Below are positions 45,217 through 53,306 of a stretch of DNA of 64,000 nucleotides, piece by piece; the first letter of the stretch is position 1; each line of letters starts with the position of its first letter. The DNA comes from Candidatus Woesearchaeota archaeon (GTDB taxonomy: Archaea > Nanobdellota > Nanobdellia > SCGC-AAA011-G17 > PNOQ01), in NCBI GenBank assembly GCA_964344555.1, contig CAYFNK010000002.1, positions 1,498 to 65,497 on the forward strand. The letters are read 5' to 3'. The position numbers and the translations under genes are program-made. The notes beneath the pieces were generated by a model, which did not search any database, was not told the origin of the DNA, and saw only the letters and a list, made by a program, of their open reading frames with translations.

Positions 45217-46548
45217 TTATGGTCCGCCTTCGCCGCCACCGTCTCCTCCTCCAGAGTCGCCTCCATAGTCACCTTCGCTGCTATCTCCGCCACCATAATC
45301 TCCTCCGCTGTCACCACTGTAATCTCCATCGTAATCCTCGCTGTAATCTCCTCCGTCATGATCTCCCTCATAGTCTTCACCACTATATCCTTCATCATAA
45401 TAATCATCATATTCCGGTGAGTATTCTTCACCGTAATATTCACCTTCTTGAGGGTATTCTACTTCTGGAGAATATTCTCCCTCATAGTAATCATCTTCGT
45501 AGTAGTCATCTTCATAATAAGGGTAATCTCCTTCATTATAGTATCCGTTTTCTGGATAATACTCATTTTCTCCAGGATAATAACCATCATATCCATTATC
45601 ATAGTCTCCATAATAATCTTGATAGTAATCTTCTGGATGTTCATAATATTCTCCAGGTCCTCCTCCTGGATTGTACATTCCGTAATCTCCATAATATTCA
45701 TCGTAGTGATCATAATCGTCGAAATGACATTGGCAATTTCCTCCTGAGAAATCCCAGGCTCCACCTTGCTCACTACAACTTTCTGCACATTCTCTTTCTA
45801 GTTCTTTTGTTTCTGCATATCTTTCTTCGTAACTTTCAGAATGATCTTGATCCATAGCTGAATCATAACATCTCAATCTTTCTTCTGAATTTTGAATTCC
45901 TCTACAATGAGCTCCAAATCCCATATTTGGTCCACCAAATCCAATATCTTCCATCATTCTTTTACATTCTACTTCGTCTGCTTTGAATTCTCCAGTTAAT
46001 CCAGCATCAATGCATTCTTTAGGTGCATGCCTTTCAAACATTATTTTTTCACATTCACGAGGATCAGATAATCCTGCGCATTCTTCTGGAGCATGTACAT
46101 CAAACATTATTCTTTCACATTCTCTGTGTGCTTGATGTTCGCTTTTGAAATATATTTCTCCTCTGTCTAGAGCAGCAATACATTCTGATGGAGCGTGTTC
46201 TCTAAACATAATCAACATACATTCTTCCATGCTTACTCCTTCACATTCTTCTGGAGCATACATGTCATAATGTGCCTCTCCATACATCATTTCAACTTCT
46301 TCTAAAACGTGTTGTAGATGTTCAGGCAATAAATCCATTGGATCTTCTTGATCCATCTCTTCACAGGCATCTTCATTTCCAGCCATACATTCTACTGCCA
46401 GTGGAGCCATCACTTCACATTTTTTAGAAAATGATGTAATTGATATCTTATCACATTCACATTCTGCAGGATCTTGGAAACAATTAGACATAACCTCAAA
46501 GAATTCTTTAGCTTCCTCTTCTTGTTCTTCAGTTAATTCCGAATACAT
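45217..46548 (-). CDS. Extremely acidic protein with a Cys-repeat domain and a Tyr/Asp/Glu/Gly low-complexity tail; probably the C-terminal part of a larger secreted protein
   Basis: Three full ECxxIMFxxHAPxEC-type units (residues 109-178), preceded by a partial MYAPEEC (residues 96-102). From residue 276 onward the composition is almost only Y, D, E, G, P and S. The frame stays open 63 codons upstream of the ATG, to 46737, with no start codon. Confidence 0.6.
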   Translation of the reverse strand: MYSELTEEQEEEAKEFFEVMSNCFQDPAECECDKISITSFSKKCEVMAPLAVECMAGNEDACEEMDQEDPMDLLPEHLQHVLEEVEMMYGEAHYDMYAPEECEGVSMEECMLIMFREHAPSECIAALDRGEIYFKSEHQAHRECERIMFDVHAPEECAGLSDPRECEKIMFERHAPKECIDAGLTGEFKADEVECKRMMEDIGFGGPNMGFGAHCRGIQNSEERLRCYDSAMDQDHSESYEERYAETKELERECAESCSEQGGAWDFSGGNCQCHFDDYDHYDEYYGDYGMYNPGGGPGEYYEHPEDYYQDYYGDYDNGYDGYYPGENEYYPENGYYNEGDYPYYEDDYYEDDYYEGEYSPEVEYPQEGEYYGEEYSPEYDDYYDEGYSGEDYEGDHDGGDYSEDYDGDYSGDSGGDYGGGDSSEGDYGGDSGGGDGGGEGGP

Positions 46549-46711
46549 TTCTCTATGCCATTCTGGAGAATCTTCTGTAGTTTTACAGGTCCTGGCATAT
46601 TGTATTGGATCTAATTGTGCTAAATTATTACATAGGTCTTTTATCTGTACGGCTATTTTTGCAGCTAGGGCAATATTTTCTTCTGTTTCTTCATGTTCTT
46701 CAACTCTTTCT

Positions 46712-47176
46712 TTAATAATCAGACCACTCTTCTCCTTCTAAATCTAATCCTTCTAAAACTTCTGTTATTGCCTTGCTACTTTCTCTTGCTCTTCTCTCAA
46801 TATCTGGAGTTACTTCTTTTTCTAATAATTTTCCATATTCATTTGTTTTTTCAAGTGCCTTTTCTGCAGATTCTACATCTCCTGCTTCAACCATCTCTCT
46901 AAACTCTTGTACTTTTTCTTCTTTTGCTGCTATGGCTCTTTCAGGATTATCTCCAACTAAAATTCCTTCAAAGAAATCATCTACCGCGTAAAGCGGACTA
47001 TCTGGTGTTAGTCCAGCAGTCTCTTGCAATTTTACTTCACCAATATCTTCAAAAACATCTATCTCTTTTTCAGCTTCCACTAACCCTTCTGTCTCCGGAG
47101 TAGAAGTTTCTTCTTGAGCTAAAACATTAGAAATAAATAAAATTGCAAAAATAAGTAATAATATGCCTCTTTTCAT
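46712..47176 (-). CDS. Signal-peptide-bearing acidic protein (154 aa); probably the N-terminal part of the downstream acidic protein
   Basis: Signal peptide MKRGILLLIFAILFISNVLAQEE and a TPDSPLYAVDDFFE motif. The stop at 46712-46714 lies inside the open upstream extension of the next ORF (46712-46737 overlap, frames offset by 1). Confidence 0.6.
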   Translation of the reverse strand: MKRGILLLIFAILFISNVLAQEETSTPETEGLVEAEKEIDVFEDIGEVKLQETAGLTPDSPLYAVDDFFEGILVGDNPERAIAAKEEKVQEFREMVEAGDVESAEKALEKTNEYGKLLEKEVTPDIERRARESSKAITEVLEGLDLEGEEWSDY

Positions 47177-47228
47177 AGTTAATTTTTTAGATTTAGAGTA
47201 TAAAAAGATAACTATAGTTAAATTTATA

Positions 47229-47426
47229 ATGAAAAAGAAACAAGTTAAAATTATGTGGCAAATATTTCGACTATTGGGTGGAATTGTTTTGATAATTCTT
47301 GGTGCTATTGGAATAGTTACTCCTTTGATTCCAGGGATATTATTAATTCTTGCAGGAATTAGTTTAATATTACATATAACTATTAGAAAATCATGGAGTG
47401 TTTTTAAGAACAGAGTTTTACGCTAA
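47229..47426 (+). CDS. Small membrane protein (2 TM)
   Basis: The ATG at 47229 (MKKKQVKIMW..) is preferred to 47163. Two hydrophobic helices. Confidence 0.45.
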   Translation: MKKKQVKIMWQIFRLLGGIVLIILGAIGIVTPLIPGILLILAGISLILHITIRKSWSVFKNRVLR

Positions 47427-47754
47427 TTTTATCTCCTATTTTTATGTCTTTTTTTTGTTTTAATTCTAGGACATAGCTTGAAGATTTTTTTGATGAGATT
47501 ACTGGCATGAATGGATAGGCATTTTTGATATCTACTATTTCTAATTCTGAATTTAACCAGGCTATTTGTAATGGAAAAAATACAAAGAACATATGAATTG
47601 AAGTATTTCTTGAATCTAAAATTATTGAATCATATTCTTTGGAGAAATTGAACATGAACCCTTTTGCTTTAGAAAAAAATCCGCTACATAACTTAGACTT
47701 CTCAGATATCAAGTTGTCGCCCACATAAATCTTGTAAAACATATTAAATTTCAT
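47404..47754 (-). CDS. DUF192-like protein
   Basis: KAKGFMF, IHMFFVFFPLQIAWLNSELEIVDIKNAYPF, YVLELK fit the DUF192 pattern from memory. Confidence 0.5.
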   Translation of the reverse strand: MKFNMFYKIYVGDNLISEKSKLCSGFFSKAKGFMFNFSKEYDSIILDSRNTSIHMFFVFFPLQIAWLNSELEIVDIKNAYPFMPVISSKKSSSYVLELKQKKDIKIGDKISVKLCS

Positions 47755-47832
47755 GAAATATTTACTTTTTAAATCTTATATTTTCTTGAGTATAGAAAGG
47801 TTTTTATATGGTATTTTTTGCGTTAATTAAAA

Positions 47833-47976
47833 ATGGACGAATATAATGAAAATAATCTTGAAGAGGACGTCTATAGTGAAGAAGGTAGAGAATCTGCAGT
47901 TGAAGATGATGAGATTTCTGCTGAAGAAGATGGCTTCATGAAAGGTTATGACGAAGATTACGAAAAAAATAACTAA
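47833..47976 (+). CDS. Small acidic protein (47 aa) with DEISAEEDGFMKGY motif, not in the ORF track
   Basis: MDEYNENNLEEDVYSEEGRESAVEDDEISAEEDGFMKGYDEDYEKNN; a paralog of 29603-29731. Confidence 0.5.
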   Translation: MDEYNENNLEEDVYSEEGRESAVEDDEISAEEDGFMKGYDEDYEKNN

Positions 47977-48021
47977 CGTCTAATTGCTTTTAATTTCTTA
48001 AGGGGAACTCTCTCAAAATTT

Positions 48022-48621
48022 TTATTCTTCTGCAAAGTCTTCTAAAGAATATTTGAATTCTTTTTCAGATTTGATTAATTTTTTTGCAAGTAAGTATTCT
48101 CTTGCTAGAACATAAAATATTAATCCTAAACTTTTTTTCCCTTTATTATTACATGCAACAACTAAATCTAAATTTTTACATTCATTGTTTGTATCACAAA
48201 GTCCAATAACTGGGACTCCAAGTTTTGATGCATCTGTAACTGCATTCTTATCCGGAATTGGATCACAAACTATAACTAGTTTTTTTTCTGTGAAATCTTC
48301 TAGTTCCACATTTGTTAATCTTCCAGGTTGATATCTTCCTGTGATTGTGTCGATGCCAGTTATTTTTGAGAATTGTTTTACTGGTTTGAATCCATTTTCT
48401 CTTCTACAAACTACTACTATTTCACTTGGTTCATATTGTGAGATTATTTTCGTAGCTAAGTTTAATCTCTTATCTATTTCTTCTACATTTAATATTGATA
48501 ATCCGTCTGGCCTTATTTTGTAAATAAACTTAGACATAAATTTAGTTCTGAATTTATTCCCGATATGTAAACCTGATTTTAGATAATCATCCAATTGAAC
48601 TAGTAATTCTTGTTCTGCCAT
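48022..48621 (-). CDS. rps2: 30S ribosomal protein uS2
   Basis: LLVQLDDYLKSGLHIGNKFRTKFMSKFIYKIRPDGLSILNV. The ATG at 48621 (MAEQELL) is preferred to the TTG at 48636. TATA-like ttataaataa (minus strand) is at 48643-48652. Confidence 0.9.
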   Translation of the reverse strand: MAEQELLVQLDDYLKSGLHIGNKFRTKFMSKFIYKIRPDGLSILNVEEIDKRLNLATKIISQYEPSEIVVVCRRENGFKPVKQFSKITGIDTITGRYQPGRLTNVELEDFTEKKLVIVCDPIPDKNAVTDASKLGVPVIGLCDTNNECKNLDLVVACNNKGKKSLGLIFYVLAREYLLAKKLIKSEKEFKYSLEDFAEE

Positions 48622-48668
48622 GTTAGATATCGTCAATTTGAATTATTTATAAGCTTTTCCAATCAGAA

Positions 48669-48685
48669 GGCTTTGTAAATTAAGT
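48669..48685. repeat. Left terminal inverted repeat
   Basis: ggctttgtaaattaagt, preceded by the TSD caatcagaa at 48660-48668. Confidence 0.85.
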
Positions 48686-48746
48686 AGCGTTTGTAAAAAA
48701 AGTCAGATGAGATAGCATTCTAAAACAGTTATATCCTCTATAATAT

Positions 48747-48887
48747 TTATTTCGTCTTCTTCAACTTCTCTTTTAACGCTTCCTCAAGAAAAGAGGATAA
48801 ATCAATATTATGTCCAGCACAATAAACTTTCACCTCTGTCCAGAGTTTGGGGTCAACTCTAAAGCTCTTTGTTATCTTTTCAGCCAT
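48747..48887 (-). CDS. Ribbon-helix-helix (CopG/Arc-like) protein (46 aa), not in the ORF track
   Basis: MAEKITKSFRVDPKLWTEVKVYCAGHNIDLSSFLEEALKEKLKKTK shows a strand-helix-helix pattern. Confidence 0.5.
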   Translation of the reverse strand: MAEKITKSFRVDPKLWTEVKVYCAGHNIDLSSFLEEALKEKLKKTK

Positions 48888-48987
48888 AGTATTAATATAT
48901 TAAAGTAGTATTTAAAGATATATATAATGCAGTATAATAATGTTTATATAGTAGTAATGTATTAAAGTAGTAAGGTAATAAGATAAA

Positions 48988-49395
48988 ATGAACCAACAAA
49001 TAGACATAAGGAAATTAAGCAGAGAAGAACGAGGAAAGTTAATCTTTCAGCGAGGCAGAATAGCAAAGAAAGACAACTTTTGGGTAGTCGGCTCTCAAAC
49101 TTCTTTCAAAGCATATAAAGTAAGAATAGACAAGGAAAATCCTGTTTGTTCCTGTCCTGATTGTGAGTTAAGGAAAAAGAAATGCAAACATATCTATGCA
49201 GTTGAATATTACATTAAAAAACAAATAGATGAAGAAGGAAAGATTACAACAACAAAAGGAGTAAGAGTAACCTATAAACAAGATTGGAAAGCATACGACA
49301 CAGCACAGACAAATGAGAAATTAATCTTTATGAGGTTGTTAAAGGATTTATCCAATTCAGTGTCACGCCAGAATATTCTTGGAAGTCAACCATAA
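48988..49395 (+). CDS. SWIM zinc-finger protein (135 aa), possibly a transposase-derived N-terminal fragment
   Basis: CxCxnCxH signature in CSCPDCELRKKKCKHIYAV. No catalytic domain follows. Confidence 0.6.
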   Translation: MNQQIDIRKLSREERGKLIFQRGRIAKKDNFWVVGSQTSFKAYKVRIDKENPVCSCPDCELRKKKCKHIYAVEYYIKKQIDEEGKITTTKGVRVTYKQDWKAYDTAQTNEKLIFMRLLKDLSNSVSRQNILGSQP

Positions 49396-49532
49396 TATAC
49401 AAGATTTATAAGACAATAGAGTTAAAGTTTAGAGATATTAAACCCCAAGATGGCATAGGGGAAACACTTGTTGAGAATAGGTTAAAGAGACAAAATGCAG
49501 AAAAATGGATTACTGAAATACCTGATTTAACC

Positions 49533-49919
49533 TTGGCACTTGAGGATTATGAAAAAAATCTAGAGAGATTTATAGAATTATCTAAAGAAAAAAATAGCAC
49601 TCTTATATTTATGACTCAACCCTATCTTTATAAGGAGAATATGTCTGCTAAAGAAGATGCGAGTCTTTGGATGACTTATGATTTTGGAGATATTTATTAT
49701 CCTACAGAAACGATGATATACTCAATGGAAGAGTTTAATAAGAAACTACTTAAGGTATGTGAAAGTAATAAGGACATTTATTGTATTGACCTTGAAAAAA
49801 AAGTTCCAAAAACATTTAATTATATCTATGATGATATGCACTTTAATGAAAATGGAGCGAGATTTGTAGCTGAAGAAATCTCGTTATTTATGAAAGAAAA
49901 TATGGACGAATTTGAATAA
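49533..49919 (+). pseudogene. SGNH/GDSL-hydrolase C-terminal fragment (5'-truncated)
   Basis: Block V DDMHFNENGARFVAEEI is present. The N-terminal GDS and GxND blocks are absent. The frame is open upstream to 49317, overlapping the SWIM ORF, without a start codon. Confidence 0.5.
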
Positions 49920-49964
49920 ATATATCGTTACAATTTTCTGTAAAAAAAGTAAGTCAATTTAATG

Positions 49965-49981
49965 ACTTAATTTACAAAGCC
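49965..49981. repeat. Right terminal inverted repeat
   Basis: acttaatttacaaagcc, followed by the TSD caatcagaa at 49982-49990. Confidence 0.85.
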
Positions 49982-50022
49982 CAATCAGAAAATGTAATAA
50001 GCTTAAATAAACTACTAATTTT

Positions 50023-50154
50023 ATGGATTTAGAGGAAAAAGTTCTTGAAGAAGGATTAAAACATATTGAAGAAGCACATTTAGAACCTATTGAAGATGAA
50101 TATGAGACAAGAATAAAAGAAAGTGAAAGAGATTTTGAAAATATGTATTATTGA
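50023..50154 (+). CDS. Small acidic ORF (43 aa), not in the ORF track
   Basis: MDLEEKVLEEGLKHIEEAHLEPIEDEYETRIKESERDFENMYY; ORF only. Confidence 0.25.
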   Translation: MDLEEKVLEEGLKHIEEAHLEPIEDEYETRIKESERDFENMYY

Positions 50155-50165
50155 TCCTTTACTCT

Positions 50166-51047
50166 TTATTTACGAACATGTTTAAATTTTTCAGAACAAT
50201 ATTCTATTATTTTGTCTTCTACTTTTATTCCTGAAGCTTCTCTGAATGCTATGAAATTTGGACTTCTGTTGCATTCTAAAATGTAAAGTTGTCCTTTTCT
50301 TGTTTCTGCAACATCTACTCCATAGATATCTCCTTTATGATTTTTTACAGAATCTAGTGCAAAGTTTTCTATCTTTTCATTTCTTAGATATTCAAAATTT
50401 GATCCTAGTGTTGCGTTTTTAATTAGTGAATCTGTTCTTTTTTTACAAACTCCAAGACTTTCTTCTCCTAAAATAAGAACCCTGTATTCCTCTTTAATTG
50501 GAATATATTCTTGTATTATTACGTCAGTAAGATTTTGATTTGTGTATCCTTTCAAATCATTTTTATCTAGTATAATATTTACGCCTTGTCCTTCCTTTCC
50601 TTCATTAGGTTTTATAACAAATGGAAACTCCCAAGTGTCTGCTATCTTCTCCATATTCTCGTCAAATCTAGGAAGATACACTGTCCTTGGATAATTCAAG
50701 CTGTCTCTTCTTTGTAATTGAGAAAGATACTTGTTTAACGGAAATACTAAACTTTCTGCCGGATCTACAGTTACTTTCCCATTTACTTCCATAGATTTTA
50801 CAAGCTCATATATTGATCTTTCTGCCCCTCTTGTTCTTCTAGTTAACAAAACATCATAATCTAAAAGATTTTTATCTTCATATTCTAAATCTAAGAATCC
50901 ATTATTCATATCATACCTTACTTTTGTTGGATCGACTAGTAAAGTTTCTAGTCCTTTTTTTCTTGAAGATTTTACAATTAATCTGTCTGTTTCGTGAAGA
51001 TCAATATTCTTTGCCAAATGACTTGTTGTTAACGCTAATTTTCTCAT
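50166..51047 (-). CDS. ATP-grasp ligase, RimK/LysX-like
   Basis: FPFVIKPNEGKEGQGV, YRVLILGEE, YGVDVAETRKGQLYILECNRSPNF. Confidence 0.7.
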   Translation of the reverse strand: MRKLALTTSHLAKNIDLHETDRLIVKSSRKKGLETLLVDPTKVRYDMNNGFLDLEYEDKNLLDYDVLLTRRTRGAERSIYELVKSMEVNGKVTVDPAESLVFPLNKYLSQLQRRDSLNYPRTVYLPRFDENMEKIADTWEFPFVIKPNEGKEGQGVNIILDKNDLKGYTNQNLTDVIIQEYIPIKEEYRVLILGEESLGVCKKRTDSLIKNATLGSNFEYLRNEKIENFALDSVKNHKGDIYGVDVAETRKGQLYILECNRSPNFIAFREASGIKVEDKIIEYCSEKFKHVRK

Positions 51048-51129
51048 GAAAAGGGAAATTTGATAAAACTTTTAAAACTATTTACTTCAGTTTAATAGTA
51101 TATTTAAATTACGTTAGACTTTCTTAGTT

Positions 51130-51831
51130 ATGATTATAGATTCCCATGCACATGTTGGTTATGAAACTAGAACACAGTATCAAAAACCTAAAGATCTTCT
51201 TAGAATTATGGATGCTTCGGGAATAGATAAATCGGTAGTTTTCCCTTTTGGTCCGGAATTTTCTAAGAATCAATCTTATTCTAGAATAAATGAAGCAATG
51301 GCTAGTTTGTTGTCAAATAAAAGATTTATTCCCTTTGGAAGAATTAATCAGTTATCAAAAGATATGTTTTCTGAGGCAGAAAATATTTCTTCACTTGGTC
51401 TTAAGGGAATAAAGATCCATACACATAGGGAATCTATTAAGTGGTATGGCCCTTTGTTTAGAAAAATGGATAAGTTTGATCTTCCCTTAATTATTCATAC
51501 TGGAAATAATTACAATTCTGATGTGAGACATCTTAGAAATATGCCTTTTTCTAATCCAATAATCATAGCGCATGGAGGAAAAGATAGATTTCTAGACGCT
51601 GTAGAACTAGTAAACTCAAGCAGTAATATTTATATAGAGACCTCTCTTCTCTCGCTCCGAAGAACTCAGGTATTAATCAAAAAAATAAAGGATAAGTCTA
51701 AAATACTTTTTGGTTCTGACTCTCCTTTCCATCATCCTGAGCTTGAGTCAAAAAAGATAAGATATGCGTGTAGTGACAAGTATCTCGTTGAAGATATACT
51801 TGGAAATAATATCAAGAAAATACTAAAATGA
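51130..51831 (+). CDS. Metal-dependent amidohydrolase (TIM-barrel, COG2159-like)
   Basis: IIDSHAHVG, IKIHTH, IIAHGG, GSDSPF. Confidence 0.65.
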   Translation: MIIDSHAHVGYETRTQYQKPKDLLRIMDASGIDKSVVFPFGPEFSKNQSYSRINEAMASLLSNKRFIPFGRINQLSKDMFSEAENISSLGLKGIKIHTHRESIKWYGPLFRKMDKFDLPLIIHTGNNYNSDVRHLRNMPFSNPIIIAHGGKDRFLDAVELVNSSSNIYIETSLLSLRRTQVLIKKIKDKSKILFGSDSPFHHPELESKKIRYACSDKYLVEDILGNNIKKILK

Positions 51832-52880
51832 GTGAAGAGAAAAAATACAAGGTACTTTATGTATGTAGGGACAGAAATCTTGAAGATCCTAGTACCTCTA
51901 CTGAGTTAAATTTGATTTATGCAGCTTATGCAGAAGGAAATGACGTTTCTATATTAGACCCACACGACTTTTATGTGAAGAGTGGAGAATTATATGGGAT
52001 TACAAAGAGACCAAATGCTGAAAAGATAAATAGTTTGGAAACTTATGCAGGATATTTGGAAAATGAAAAATATACTCTTTTTGAAGCTTCTCCTCTGAAT
52101 AATTTCGATATTGTTTTTTCTAGAGTTGCATATAGAGATAATGGTCCTGAAGAAAAACAAAGTTTTGATACTACTCTTAATTATCTTTCTATATTGAAAA
52201 CTTTGAATCCTAATATTGCCTTCATGAATGACCCTGATGGAATAATAAAAAGTGGATCTAAACTTTATGATACTTTAATATTTAATGATTTAATGCCAGA
52301 AACACACATCACAAAAGATTCTAATAGATTGAGAAAAATTATCAGAGAAGCAAATGCTGAAGGGACCGGATTAATTGGTAAGCCTACTGATGGAATGGGA
52401 GGTAGTTCTGTAATGCCTTTGCCTAAGAAGAATTATGGTGTTTTTGCAGACTTGTTGATACAGCACTATGAAAATGCTATAATTCAACACAGTATAAACG
52501 GCATTGATAGAAGATTATTTTTATTAGATGGAGAGATTTTAGCTGCGTATAAAAAAACTCCTTCTGAAGGGGACAGTAGAGCTAATGTTACTTCTGGGGC
52601 TACTATTGAAAACTATGCTCTTCAAAAAGTTGACAGAGATATTGTATCAAATATAAAAGACAAAATAGCAAGAGATGGGCTTTATTTTTGTGGACTGGAT
52701 GTTATGGGTCCTGAAGAAGAAGGAAATTTAGAAAATACTAAACTTTTGGAATTGAATGTTAGATGTCCTTCTGGTATAGCTTATTTGGATCATGCATTAA
52801 AAGAAGATGCTGCTTCTAAGATAATAAAGTCTGCAGAAAATAAATATGAACTTTTAAATTCTCCTAAAGAAAAAGCTTAA
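51828..52880 (+). CDS. ATP-grasp ligase, glutathione-synthetase (GshB)-like
   Basis: LIGKPTDGMGGSSV, DRRLFLLDGEILAAYKKTPSEGDSRANVTSGA, GLDVMGP..LLELNVRCPSG. ATGA overlap with the amidohydrolase. Confidence 0.65.
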   Translation: MSEEKKYKVLYVCRDRNLEDPSTSTELNLIYAAYAEGNDVSILDPHDFYVKSGELYGITKRPNAEKINSLETYAGYLENEKYTLFEASPLNNFDIVFSRVAYRDNGPEEKQSFDTTLNYLSILKTLNPNIAFMNDPDGIIKSGSKLYDTLIFNDLMPETHITKDSNRLRKIIREANAEGTGLIGKPTDGMGGSSVMPLPKKNYGVFADLLIQHYENAIIQHSINGIDRRLFLLDGEILAAYKKTPSEGDSRANVTSGATIENYALQKVDRDIVSNIKDKIARDGLYFCGLDVMGPEEEGNLENTKLLELNVRCPSGIAYLDHALKEDAASKIIKSAENKYELLNSPKEKA

Positions 52881-52904
52881 AAATTGAAAAACAACCACTA
52901 AAAT

Positions 52905-53306
52905 ATGGAGTATCACTATGTATTGAACAGGCCGTGGATTTCTTGCGGTAATGATGGAATACTAGAAGATTATGCAGGATTTATTACAGATACTGAGATT
53001 AAGGACAAATATAATTTTCTTGAAAGAATTTCTGGTGCAATAGGTTTAAATCACAAAGTTTCTGAAGAAAAAAATAAGATTTATAGTGAAATTATGAGAA
53101 CCTTTTATGATACAATATCCTCGTTTGAGGACATAGATTTATCTTTTTATGGACAGGAAGCAGATTCTATAGATATAGAGGCCAGAAACAATAGAAGGGC
53201 TCGTGAAAAATTAGGGTATTTTAATGAAGAATTAGATAACAATCTTTCAAATATTTTACATAAACATAATTATCATTTAAAACTAGATGGAAATTTTCTT
53301 GGTTAA
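52905..53306 (+). CDS. Hypothetical protein (133 aa)
   Basis: ORF only. Confidence 0.4.
   Translation: MEYHYVLNRPWISCGNDGILEDYAGFITDTEIKDKYNFLERISGAIGLNHKVSEEKNKIYSEIMRTFYDTISSFEDIDLSFYGQEADSIDIEARNNRRAREKLGYFNEELDNNLSNILHKHNYHLKLDGNFLG

Larger units (their letters stand above)
48669..49981. mobile_element. 1313-bp transposable element bounded by 17-bp perfect terminal inverted repeats and a 9-bp target-site duplication
   Basis: TIR-L ggctttgtaaattaagt (48669-48685) is the exact reverse complement of 49965-49981. The direct repeat caatcagaa abuts both ends (48660-48668 and 49982-49990). The interior holds an RHH gene, a SWIM zinc-finger ORF and a 5'-truncated SGNH hydrolase fragment. Confidence 0.8.

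Noticed and set aside
45195-45857. Four additional ORFs (45195-45443 minus, 45219-45857 plus, 45448-45747 plus, 45459-45788 minus) overlapping the acidic protein gene
   Set aside because: They are by-products of the Tyr/Asp/Glu/Gly codon repeats (GAT/TAT/GGT-type periodic DNA leaves all frames open). Their products are nonsensical low-complexity strings (poly-H/L/N, I/M/T). The minus-strand frame of the 443-aa ORF is the coherent one.
50023-50154. The small acidic ORF as a LysW-like amino-group carrier for the neighbouring RimK/LysX-like ATP-grasp enzyme
   Set aside because: It has no zinc-ribbon cysteines and no C-terminal EDWGE-type tail. It is also convergent with the ligase gene rather than co-transcribed.
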